DNA from: a virus
Lineage: Duplodnaviria; Caudoviricetes
IMG/VR virus record: IMGVR_UViG_3300038797_000035
Location: 1-51,120 of that record
Direction: 5' to 3' (one strand)
DNA length: 51,120 nucleotides
Both the position numbers and the translations under genes were made by a program. The notes under the pieces are model-generated. The model did no database searches. It had not been told where the DNA came from and worked only from the letters and a program-made list of their open reading frames with translations. Positions 9,372 to 17,243 of this stretch are shown here, one piece after another (the first letter of the stretch is position 1; the number at the start of each line of letters is the position of its first letter).

Positions 9372-9806
9372 TCAGGATGCTCGGCAGTTGAGGGTGATGC
9401 CGTGGTAGTGGGCGATGCGGCGCAAGGTCATGCGGCTGATGCCTACCTGTTCGGCAATGGCGACCTGGCTCATGTTGGCCTGTGCCAGTCGGCGAATGCG
9501 CGGCACCAGCTTCGCTTCGGCCTTGCGCCGCTCTTCCAGAGTGGCCGCAGTGGTCGTGACGAACTTGATGCCGTACAGCGCGGCGATGTAGTTGATGGTC
9601 CGAGTGGATTTGCCCAAGGCCTTGGCGGCGGCGCAGACACCGAGTTTGGTGTAACCGCGAATCGCGTCGACCAGTTCAGGATCAATTGGCGGTACCGCAA
9701 CACTGAAAGGGTCTGGATAGGCCCTTATGGAATCGGCGATGACATGAACTTGGCCGCCGGAGGCTTCGAACTGGGCAACCGCTTGCATCAGTTCGGCGGC
9801 GTTCAT
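9372..9806 (-). CDS. Hypothetical protein with HTH motifs
   Basis: MSQVAIAEQVGISRMTLRRIA HTH. Confidence 0.7.
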   Translation of the reverse strand: MNAAELMQAVAQFEASGGQVHVIADSIRAYPDPFSVAVPPIDPELVDAIRGYTKLGVCAAAKALGKSTRTINYIAALYGIKFVTTTAATLEERRKAEAKLVPRIRRLAQANMSQVAIAEQVGISRMTLRRIAHYHGITLNCRAS

Positions 9807-11455
9807 GCTGCCGCCTTGGCCAGCCTCACGCCGGCTATGCTGAATTTAGAGCCTTGATTTGCGACCATGGCGTCGAGTGCTTCCCAGTTGACCGCCAAAA
9901 CCGATAGCGGAGCCTGTCCGTACGCAACAGCCTTGACCAATGCTTCAAGGTCATAGACCTCCGCCTGAAGCACTTCGGACTTCTGCTGGACAGGAGTAGA
10001 AGCGGGCGCAACAGCAGCAGGCGCCGAGCGAACTGGCGCAGCAGACACGACCGGAGCCTGAACTGCCGCGTGCGCGGGTTCAGCAGCTACAGGAACGGCA
10101 GCAAGCTTTGCCGCTTCCTCGTCGGCGATCTTCTGCAGCTCTTGCTGACGAATCTCCTCGCGCAGATTTTCGGCCTTCTGATCCTCAGCTTTCTGATGCT
10201 CCGAGATCCGGAACTTGATCAGCGTCACCAGATCGTCATTGGCCTTGGCCACCAGTTGCTGAATATCGCTGAACAGGAAGGCGTGGTCAGCAGCAAGCTC
10301 AGCCAGGCTGGAGAGGTTCAAGCGAATACTGTCGGCGGCCTGGCTAGCATCGATCTTCGCCCTAGCCAGTTCGGTATCAACCGCATCCTGTAGGCTGGCG
10401 ATGGTGCGCTTGTTCTTCATGGCGCCAAGGAAGTCCGATGCGACTGTTGGCAGAACCACTTTGCCCAGAGTCTTGTTGATCGCCGCGACGTGATCAGCCA
10501 GCGCCTGTTCGGCTTTCTGCTTTATGTTGGTCTTCACCAAAAGCTCTTGAGCCTTCACCAGCTTGTCGACCTTCAGGCGAGTTTCCCGGGCGTGCTTGCT
10601 GATGCGGTCCAGCGAGCAGAACAGCTCGTCAATGGTCTGGGTTTGCGAGAGCGCCTGTTTCTTTGCCGCCGTGACAGCGTCCTCAACGTCTCCGCACCAC
10701 TTCACGGCTTTTTTCGCGTCTGCGAAGTCTTGGTCGGTTGTCAGTGTGGTTTTCACCGAGTCGATGACGGCCAGAGCTGACTGCTCGAACACTTTCAGGT
10801 TGCTGGCGGTGACCATGCCGGTCAGCTCGATGCGCAGCGCTGGAAGCTCGTCCGGGGCCTTGCCGACAACGATAGAAGGGGCGTCCGCCACTTCGTAGCC
10901 GGCAAGATCCGCCTCGAACTGTTTCCAGCCTTCGACCAACTGAGCGGCGCGACCGGCGACAGGGCGATATTCCATGCTGACGAAGTTCTCGGCGGTGCCG
11001 TCAGAACACACGAAGATCACGCGCTCGGCGCCGCTCACCAGCAGCTGCTGCTCAAGCTGCCAGTAGTAATGAGGTGCCAGGTCTTCGTCGCGCACCTGGG
11101 AGACCAGCGATTCGTTCCAGAGCTTGTGCTCGAACAGCGTCTCGCCGAGCATCGTCGCGCCGTCCATCGAGGCGAGCAAGTTGCCTGATGTTCCAACGAC
11201 CGGATACAGCTCTTCGCCAATCATCGCTTCGACCAGCGGCCGGGCCAGCGCTTCGGTTGCATGGCCTTTGTCGAAGATGTGCTGCTGCGAGGGAGTAACC
11301 TCCGGTGCAATGCCGGTCTTCTTCAGCGTCAGCAGATCGGTACGGGTCTGATACTTCGAGGCACCCATCATTGCCGGCGCTTCTGATGCGGTGAAGTGCT
11401 GGCTGCGCAGGGCATGCCACTCGGCGGAGCCTTGAGCTACGTTATGAATTTTCAT
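9803..11455 (-). CDS. YqaJ-like viral recombination exonuclease with long C-terminal extension
   Basis: QGSAEWHALR...TASEA...GHATE...ASMDG...EHK (lambda-exonuclease family). Confidence 0.9.
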   Translation of the reverse strand: MKIHNVAQGSAEWHALRSQHFTASEAPAMMGASKYQTRTDLLTLKKTGIAPEVTPSQQHIFDKGHATEALARPLVEAMIGEELYPVVGTSGNLLASMDGATMLGETLFEHKLWNESLVSQVRDEDLAPHYYWQLEQQLLVSGAERVIFVCSDGTAENFVSMEYRPVAGRAAQLVEGWKQFEADLAGYEVADAPSIVVGKAPDELPALRIELTGMVTASNLKVFEQSALAVIDSVKTTLTTDQDFADAKKAVKWCGDVEDAVTAAKKQALSQTQTIDELFCSLDRISKHARETRLKVDKLVKAQELLVKTNIKQKAEQALADHVAAINKTLGKVVLPTVASDFLGAMKNKRTIASLQDAVDTELARAKIDASQAADSIRLNLSSLAELAADHAFLFSDIQQLVAKANDDLVTLIKFRISEHQKAEDQKAENLREEIRQQELQKIADEEAAKLAAVPVAAEPAHAAVQAPVVSAAPVRSAPAAVAPASTPVQQKSEVLQAEVYDLEALVKAVAYGQAPLSVLAVNWEALDAMVANQGSKFSIAGVRLAKAAA

Positions 11456-12267
11456 GCTTGATCTCCGTCGAGGGCTTTCAGGTTTGTGATTTTTTCTTTC
11501 TGCGCGTCGCTCAGCGTGTACTTGCTGCTGATGGTCGCGATCAGGTGTTCGGGACTGGTGCGGGCCGCATCAATCAACGGCTGCCACTTGATGAGGTTCT
11601 CGTCGAGCAAGTCGTCCGGGTAAGTTGTCAACGCTTCCGACTCAGGCTGGGCCTGCTGCTGCGGGCTTACGTCGCGCGCCGCTTCCTCGAAAGATTTGCC
11701 TTCCATTTCGTCGGCGGTGGGTGCCGATCCGACCTCGGGGAACGCTTTGCGCAATGCCTGGGCCTCAGCGCATTTGGCGAGCTGAGCAAATGCCCGGCGC
11801 TTCCACATGGCATTCGGCGCGACGGTGTCTTTTCCGGCCGTTGCGTAGTTCTCCATCCAGCGCTCGCTTGCGGTGAACTCGGCAACAAGCCCGTTCGACA
11901 TCTGCCGCTTCACCGTGACCCGGCACCATTCCGGATAGGTAACCTCGACGCCTGCCAACTTCGTGGTAATCGATGGTCCGAACTCAGGGTCGCTGATGCC
12001 AGCGTATTGCCCGGTTCTTGCTGCCTGAATGCGGTAAAGGCCGATCCCCGGCATTACCACGTCGACCATGCCGCGGCCCTTCTGATAGACCGGAACGATG
12101 TGAACAGGCTTCAACATCGGGTCCAAGTGCGCGGCTTGGCAGTAGGCCAAGACCATTACGACCGAGTTATGCGCAGCACCCGGGTACAGGCTGCCACTCA
12201 AGACCTCGACAAGTGCTGACTCAGACATGGCCGGCGTTTGGTCGACCTGTTTCATTACTGCGGACAT
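11452..12267 (-). CDS. bet: Phage single-strand annealing protein (Bet/RecT family)
   Basis: LDPMLKPVHIVP...GIGLYRIQAARTG...MWKRR...QLAKCAEAQALRKAFP. Confidence 0.9.
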   Translation of the reverse strand: MSAVMKQVDQTPAMSESALVEVLSGSLYPGAAHNSVVMVLAYCQAAHLDPMLKPVHIVPVYQKGRGMVDVVMPGIGLYRIQAARTGQYAGISDPEFGPSITTKLAGVEVTYPEWCRVTVKRQMSNGLVAEFTASERWMENYATAGKDTVAPNAMWKRRAFAQLAKCAEAQALRKAFPEVGSAPTADEMEGKSFEEAARDVSPQQQAQPESEALTTYPDDLLDENLIKWQPLIDAARTSPEHLIATISSKYTLSDAQKEKITNLKALDGDQA

Positions 12268-12310
12268 GGGGAATCCTTGCCGCGATGTTCGCAGCGTTTG
12301 AATGTGTGGA

Positions 12311-12427
12311 TTATTGAGTGACGCGATCAGCCAGAGCGCTGAGCAACATCAGGAAGGTGTAGATCGCGAGGACAGGCAGCGAGCCGCGCCAGATCAGAAC
12401 ACGGCGCGCCCATTGTCGGGAGGTCAT
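12311..12427 (-). CDS. 38-aa single-TM peptide
   Basis: MTSRQWARRVLIWRGSLPVLAIYTFLMLLSALADRVTQ*; ATGA-type overlap with the upstream gene. Confidence 0.55.
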   Translation of the reverse strand: MTSRQWARRVLIWRGSLPVLAIYTFLMLLSALADRVTQ

Positions 12428-12795
12428 GACCAAGGCCTCAATTGCGAAAGAACCAGTTCGTGCAGCGACTTTCCGTTACGGCTGATGCGATCGCCGCGGA
12501 GCTGCAATTTTTTCGTACTTGGCCAGCAATCGATCATTCGGCCATCAGGAAGCGTCAAAACGACATGGAAGCCGTTATTGTGCTTCTTATGGGAAATCCC
12601 AGTTCTTTGCAGCCATCCGTCAAAGCGCTGCATGGCTTCAGCCTTCTGACGCTTCTTATGGGCTTCCGGGTTTTGCTCGCTTCCTTCACCACCGCAGGTA
12701 CGGCAGCAGCGCGGGTAACCGACATCATCACCAATGAAGCCGCAGCAGCTCATGCAGTGAGAACCATCTGCCACGCTATCCTCGTAGAAGCTCAT
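12424..12795 (-). CDS. Hypothetical Cys-rich protein
   Basis: CMSCC and CCRTC motifs; coupled to neighbours. Confidence 0.65.
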   Translation of the reverse strand: MSFYEDSVADGSHCMSCCGFIGDDVGYPRCCRTCGGEGSEQNPEAHKKRQKAEAMQRFDGWLQRTGISHKKHNNGFHVVLTLPDGRMIDCWPSTKKLQLRGDRISRNGKSLHELVLSQLRPWS

Positions 12796-12911
12796 CGCAG
12801 AATCTGCTGCAGCGTAGGAATATGGCGAGGCTCGCCGTTTTCCTTGAAAATACTGTACTGAAGCAGCGCGATGGTCAGGCCAGCGGCAAGAACCCAGAAC
12901 ATTATTTTCAT
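12792..12911 (-). CDS. 39-aa membrane peptide
   Basis: MKIMFWVLAAGLTIALLQYSIF...; coupled starts and stops. Confidence 0.5.
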   Translation of the reverse strand: MKIMFWVLAAGLTIALLQYSIFKENGEPRHIPTLQQILR

Positions 12912-13078
12912 GGTCGCCCCCTCACTGCGATTCGTCCTGACTTGATCGCTGCCACCAGTTGCGGGGGCAGAGCGGCAACAGGCAACTCGCGGGGAATGCC
13001 GGCGCCAATCACAGCAAGGCTTCGTTCGATCTCGTCGAGCTGTTCGTCGATCAGGGATTTGACTGGCGCAGTGGTCAT
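12908..13078 (-). CDS. Small conserved phage protein
   Basis: MTTAPVKSLIDEQLDEIERSL... Confidence 0.6.
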   Translation of the reverse strand: MTTAPVKSLIDEQLDEIERSLAVIGAGIPRELPVAALPPQLVAAIKSGRIAVRGRP

Positions 13079-13290
13079 GCTGCCCTTCCTTGCCGGCGCT
13101 CGTAAACACGGCGCAGGCGTTCGGCGTAGTGGGATTCCTCGGCAGCGCTGATGATGCTCAGCGTGCGGAAGATCAGAAGCGCGGTATTGGCCGAAGCCTT
13201 GACCGCGACGGCGCTGCATTTCGGGTCGATCATGCTGTCGATGTAGCCGTCGAGCATGCCGGTAGCCAAGTCGTGGTTGCTGGTGCTCAT
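13075..13290 (-). CDS. Small hypothetical protein
   Basis: MSTSNHDLATG...; coupled to neighbours. Confidence 0.6.
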   Translation of the reverse strand: MSTSNHDLATGMLDGYIDSMIDPKCSAVAVKASANTALLIFRTLSIISAAEESHYAERLRRVYERRQGRAA

Positions 13291-13583
13291 GCTGCCCACC
13301 GTCCATTCCGCTGGCGCGTGTTTGCGTCGATCTCAACCCAAAGCGCCGTCTCGATCTCCCGGCCGTACTGCTGGGTCAGAGCCGCCAGCGACCAGTAAGG
13401 CTGGGCGCTCATCCGCACGCCGTCATCGTCGTAGCAGAAGGCCGAAACGACCTTGAACTCAATCTCGCGACTTCCGTAGAAGTCCCAATCGCTGTTCCAG
13501 GCATTGAAGGCTGGCGGGATGTTCTCGCAATGGGTCACCTCCACCTGGAGGACGAACCCTTCAACAATCACTTCGTAAGTCAT
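13287..13583 (-). CDS. Hypothetical phage protein
   Basis: MTYEVIVEGFVLQVEV...; GGAGG RBS. Confidence 0.7.
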   Translation of the reverse strand: MTYEVIVEGFVLQVEVTHCENIPPAFNAWNSDWDFYGSREIEFKVVSAFCYDDDGVRMSAQPYWSLAALTQQYGREIETALWVEIDANTRQRNGRWAA

Positions 13584-13610
13584 GGTCGCCTCCAGAGTGG
13601 CGGTGTTGAT

Positions 13611-14196
13611 CCAACAAAACTCGGCTGCACTCATCCATTCCGCTGGTTGCCGTTGGGCGCGGAGGGGAGTGCATGCGGATTTGGTCGGGGATGGTGCCGC
13701 ATGTGCGGGCTGGCTCTGATTACCCGGATCAGACCGGGAATTTCTCGGCGTCCTAGGCCCGAAGGCCGCGCTGGGGTGGTTGTTCAGTGATGCAGATGCC
13801 CGGTGCTGATCTCCGGGTTGAGAGTCATGCCGCGGTCAGCGCCTTTCGGCTACCGCAATGCCAGTTATTACGAGCCGGTACCGCGCGGGCATAAAATAGT
13901 ACTTAGCCGGTCAGCGCTCACTCTCGGAACTGTTAGTTTTCAAACCTGCCCATCAGCCTGGGCGTGCATCCGCATCGGAGGTGATCTTCAGTGCTGAGGC
14001 CAGGTCCGCCTTTCCGTCGGGTAGGGTTCATACCACCCGATCAGGAACCACGCCGCATGTGTCGCCCCGTAGGACCGCGTGGCATTACCTTTCAGCTCGA
14101 CGCCCTTAGACCCTTTCGGGACTGAAGGTCACCTCCGATACGCTCTCATAGAGAGGACCGGGCTGTTAACGTCAGTGCTGACGTGGCGCTGGTTGT
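13611..14196 (-). ncRNA. Putative array of structured RNA cassettes in the pL transcript
   Basis: No credible ORF; long closing stems (13789-13799/13966-13976 and 13974-13992/14121-14139); minus-strand UUCG, GAAA and UACG tetraloops. Confidence 0.55.
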
Positions 14197-14637
14197 TCAG
14201 TTGTGCGCGTTCGGGTCTTTCAGATGCTTGTCGAACAACTTTCGATGCCGTCGAGCAAATCGGGCGACGTAGGCAACAACCAGAAGGGTCAGCGCAGTCA
14301 GCAGAAGAGGGTAAAGCGTGATGCCCAGATAGATCGCAAGCGGGGCGAATATCGTTATGGGAAAGAAGAAGAGCAAGACGTCGGGCTGCGACTCGCCCTT
14401 CTTGTCCTTCCACCACAAATACTTGCTGCTGCCATCGGTGTCGTATTGCGTCCAGCCGCGCAGCCTTGCCATGAATTCAAGGACCGGGTTGCGGCCAGGC
14501 TCTGAATCATCGATCCAGCCCCAAACATGGCGCCAAACTTTTCCAAGCCCGACGATCAGGAGCATTGCGCAGAAACATGCCACCCCGACAAGGAGGCAGG
14601 CCAACAGCTGGCCGGGCAAACTTTCGAGCGGATTCAT
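14197..14637 (-). CDS. Membrane protein, first gene of the pL operon
   Basis: GGAGG RBS then MNPLESLPG...; about three TM segments. Confidence 0.75.
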   Translation of the reverse strand: MNPLESLPGQLLACLLVGVACFCAMLLIVGLGKVWRHVWGWIDDSEPGRNPVLEFMARLRGWTQYDTDGSSKYLWWKDKKGESQPDVLLFFFPITIFAPLAIYLGITLYPLLLTALTLLVVAYVARFARRHRKLFDKHLKDPNAHN

Positions 14638-14653
14638 CTTTGTTTCCTCCGTT

Positions 14654-14693
14654 GATTTCCAATGCCGCCTCATCGAAGCGGCATCAGTAAATC
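14654..14693 (-). other. Long hairpin (RNase III-type processing site candidate) in the pL leader
   Basis: GATTT(A)C-TGATGCCGC-TTCGATGAG-GCGGCATTG-GAAATC on the minus strand. Confidence 0.5.
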
Positions 14694-14904
14694 TGTGGTC
14701 TTTCTCCGCCCCATGCTCGGCGCCGCGGTTTCCCCACCTGGCCGGCGTCACACATTTCGTGTTCGGTGTTATTCGCCGGCTGGCTTGCATGGTTTGGCGT
14801 CCTCCCGTTAGGGGAGTCCGGCAGGTTCCAGAGCCTGCATGGAGATCGAAATTTATGTTTCGCGCTGTGCCCGTTGCCGGGGATCGATCCGCGAAGATTC
14901 CAAA

Positions 14905-14917
14905 TTGTGAAAGAGCG
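14905..14917 (-). promoter_or_regulatory. boxA antitermination element (nutL-like)
   Basis: Minus strand CGCTCTTTCACAA, ~50 nt downstream of pL. Confidence 0.7.
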
Positions 14918-14968
14918 GCGGGTCTGTTGAGGCCCTTCGCAGTGGCTGTGTGTCGCTGCGATGGATGA

Positions 14969-15011
14969 ACGATAAGCCAATGCCTAATTTGTGTAAATAG
15001 GTAATGCCTAA
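14969..15011 (-). promoter_or_regulatory. pL promoter with two CI operators (OL)
   Basis: -35 TTTACA, 17 bp, -10 TATCGT; operators TAAGCCAATGCCTAA and TAGGTAATGCCTAA match the OR repeats. Confidence 0.8.
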
Positions 15012-15093
15012 TTATTTTCAAATTTCTTCTCCAACGAAAGTCAGCGGGCGAGGGGATTGCATTTCCGGATCGAGACGTTAAGCTTCGCCTAAC

Positions 15094-15109
15094 CTGTATG
15101 GATATACAG
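15094..15109 (+). promoter_or_regulatory. LexA (SOS) box
   Basis: CTGTATGGATATACAG = CTGT-N8-ACAG. Confidence 0.85.
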
Positions 15110-15129
15110 CATTCGCTAAGGAGGTGTTT

Positions 15130-15447
15130 ATGGCGCAGCAAGGCAACAAAAAGAGTTCAGGGCCGGCGACTATCAGCCCTATGGAGCGGCTTACCATGCG
15201 CGTATCGTCGATGATCAATCACCCGATCGCCCAGGAAAGGCGAGAGGTCAGGATTCATCGGCTGGACACCGATGGGGAGAGGGAGTGGAGCGAGATCGTG
15301 AATGCGATCTCAGAAGCGGACGGAATCGACCTGACGCACAATCATGAAGATGCGTCGATTACGCTGAGGTGGGAGCCTTCAGAGGGTGACGAAAAGCCCG
15401 CGCAGGTGGCAGACCCATTCGATGCAGAAGAGCCGGCGCCGTTCTGA
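15130..15447 (+). CDS. DUF1654-like small protein, SOS-regulated
   Basis: ERLTMRVSSMINHPIAQERREVRIHRLDTD pattern; AGGAGG RBS. Confidence 0.75.
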   Translation: MAQQGNKKSSGPATISPMERLTMRVSSMINHPIAQERREVRIHRLDTDGEREWSEIVNAISEADGIDLTHNHEDASITLRWEPSEGDEKPAQVADPFDAEEPAPF

Positions 15448-15454
15448 CGGGCAC

Positions 15455-15483
15455 AAAAAAGCCCGCTCAAGTGGCGGGCTTTT
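15455..15483. terminator. Bidirectional terminator between the DUF1654-like gene and cI
   Basis: A6-GCCCGC-loop-GCGGGC-T4. Confidence 0.85.
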
Positions 15484-15497
15484 AAATACATCGCGGC

Positions 15498-16346
15498 TCA
15501 GACCAAATTCCCATTCCACACGAACAGCACGCGCGCCTGGATGTAGGTCTCGTCAATGAAAATATCCTCGGCCTTGTGCTTGCGATTGTCCGAGATCATC
15601 TTGAATTTGTCTTTGCCCTTCATCTGCAGGCGTTTGATGTACTGGAAGCCTTGGTACGAGAAGTAATAAATCCCGTCGCCGATGAATTCCTTAATGCTTA
15701 TGTCGACCAGGCACGGGTCGCCATGCTTGATAGTCGGCGTCATCGACTGACCCCAGCCGGTGATCACCTTCAGGTGATAGTGTTCTTTGAAATCGACGCC
15801 CATCGATCGCAGATGGGAAGGGCTGATGCGAATGTCCTGAAGCAATTCTGGGTAGTCGTGCGCAACCTCGCCGCCGCCCAGCGCGCCCCGCACGTCGTAG
15901 TGAGCAATCCAAACCTCGTCACCGACCTTGCCTGGCCTGAAGGCATCGCTCACCAGCACTTCGACAGTGCCCTCCTGCTCATTGCCCTCTGCAACAGCCA
16001 GCAGCTTCTGGAGGCGGTCTTCACCCAGAGTCTTTCCTGCAAGCATCTCGCGAAGTTTATCGGCAGCAGTGTTTGAGCTTGTTGGAGCAGCAGGCAGGTT
16101 GCCCGTGCCGCCAGCGTTGTGCTCGTAAGAGAAGCCAGCTCGCATTCCCCAGTGGTCCGGACCTACTACATCAGCGAAATAGGCGATCACGTCCATTAGT
16201 TTGGACTTGTCGATCCTGCCGTTTTTCACCCAGCCCTGTACCGACGGAGGCTTCACGGAGAAGTCGTCTGCGAGTTGTTTTTTCGATACGCCCTTGGCGA
16301 TCCGCGCGGCCTCAATGGCGGCGCCTAATTCCGGTCCGGTAAGCAT
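15498..16346 (-). CDS. cI: CI repressor (HTH + S24 peptidase)
   Basis: N-terminal HTH (KKQLADDFSVKPPSVQGW); GQSMTPTI Ser motif; YIKRL Lys; ISDN. Confidence 0.93.
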   Translation of the reverse strand: MLTGPELGAAIEAARIAKGVSKKQLADDFSVKPPSVQGWVKNGRIDKSKLMDVIAYFADVVGPDHWGMRAGFSYEHNAGGTGNLPAAPTSSNTAADKLREMLAGKTLGEDRLQKLLAVAEGNEQEGTVEVLVSDAFRPGKVGDEVWIAHYDVRGALGGGEVAHDYPELLQDIRISPSHLRSMGVDFKEHYHLKVITGWGQSMTPTIKHGDPCLVDISIKEFIGDGIYYFSYQGFQYIKRLQMKGKDKFKMISDNRKHKAEDIFIDETYIQARVLFVWNGNLV

Positions 16347-16415
16347 TGCCTAATTTAGCCTTTTGCTGAGTTGGTTAGGCAATGGCTTGTTTGAGATAAG
16401 GTAATGCCTTATATT
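16341..16415 (+). promoter_or_regulatory. OR operators, pR (and divergent pRM)
   Basis: AAGCATTGCCTAA, TTAGGCAATGGCTT and ATAAGGTAATGCCTTAT; pR -35 TTGTTT, 17 bp, -10 TATATT. Confidence 0.8.
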
Positions 16416-16442
16416 CAATGCAACATCTCCAGGAGAGAACTC

Positions 16443-16691
16443 ATGAAACCAGCAGAAGCAGCCAAAGAAGCATCCCGCTTGCTCGGCAGCCAAGCGGAAA
16501 TGGCGCGCCGTCTGCGGGTTGCTGCGCCCACCGTTAACCAATGGTGTTCCGGAGAGCGATCGGTTCCCGCCAAGCGCGCAATCGAGATTGAGGCATTGAC
16601 CGCAGGCGCAGTTGATCGCGCCCAGCTCTGCCCATCTTTTCCATGGGCGCAGATCCAATCTGCGCCCAGCCAAACACTTTCTGCCGCCTAA
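16443..16691 (+). CDS. cro: Cro-like HTH protein (YdaS type)
   Basis: GSQAEMARRLRVAAPTVNQW...LCP; divergent from cI. Confidence 0.88.
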   Translation: MKPAEAAKEASRLLGSQAEMARRLRVAAPTVNQWCSGERSVPAKRAIEIEALTAGAVDRAQLCPSFPWAQIQSAPSQTLSAA

Positions 16692-16720
16692 CCACTTCAA
16701 CAGCCACGAAGGATATGCAC

Positions 16721-16909
16721 ATGCACTTTGACCCAAGCCACATGCACGACAAGCCCACGAAGGTTCGCCTCGACGAGGTGGCCGACGATCTGCTGACGGC
16801 TATGGCCCGATTTCAGCGGACCCAAAAAGCCGTGCTTGCCCGCGAAATTCTTGAGCGTGGACTGAACCAGATGATGGAAGAGCTTAACGCAAAGACTGAC
16901 GTGGCCTGA
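16721..16909 (+). CDS. Small RHH-like regulator at the CII position
   Basis: KVRLDEVADDLLTAMARF...KAVLAREILERGL. Confidence 0.7.
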   Translation: MHFDPSHMHDKPTKVRLDEVADDLLTAMARFQRTQKAVLAREILERGLNQMMEELNAKTDVA

Positions 16910-16927
16910 AGTGGCCGAGGAGGCCCT

Positions 16928-17116
16928 GTGCCTGAAAGAAAACCGCTGGAAATCCAGCTCGACTGGCAGGGAACCGCTGACCTGGAGCTATTGGCCAGAC
17001 GCAACGGGGTAACACCGGAAGAGATGGCCGCAACAATCATGAATCGGGCGCTTGATCGAATGACGCGCCCGCCAAAGAGCCGCAGCAACGTCGCTTCCAT
17101 AGGACGCAAGGGCTGA
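16928..17116 (+). CDS. Small hypothetical (RHH-like) protein
   Basis: GGAGG RBS, GTG start. Confidence 0.6.
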   Translation: MPERKPLEIQLDWQGTADLELLARRNGVTPEEMAATIMNRALDRMTRPPKSRSNVASIGRKG

Positions 17117-17243
17117 TAAGCCCCTCAGGGACTCATGAGGAACTGCCAATGAAACAACCATCCACCAAATCGCAGGCACAAAAAAACCGACGGATCAGGT
17201 CGGTTCTTTTAACAGCGCTTGCAACAACGTTCTGGAGCGAATA

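Noticed and set aside
13789-13976. Bona fide tRNA or tmRNA
   Set aside because: No TTC T-loop, no canonical anticodon arm, no CCA end and no tag ORF. Kept only as a tRNA-like ncRNA candidate.
14638-15141. N-terminal extension of the 314-aa ORF 14197-15141
   Set aside because: It runs through the pL promoter, operators and boxA. The real start is the RBS-preceded ATG at 14637.
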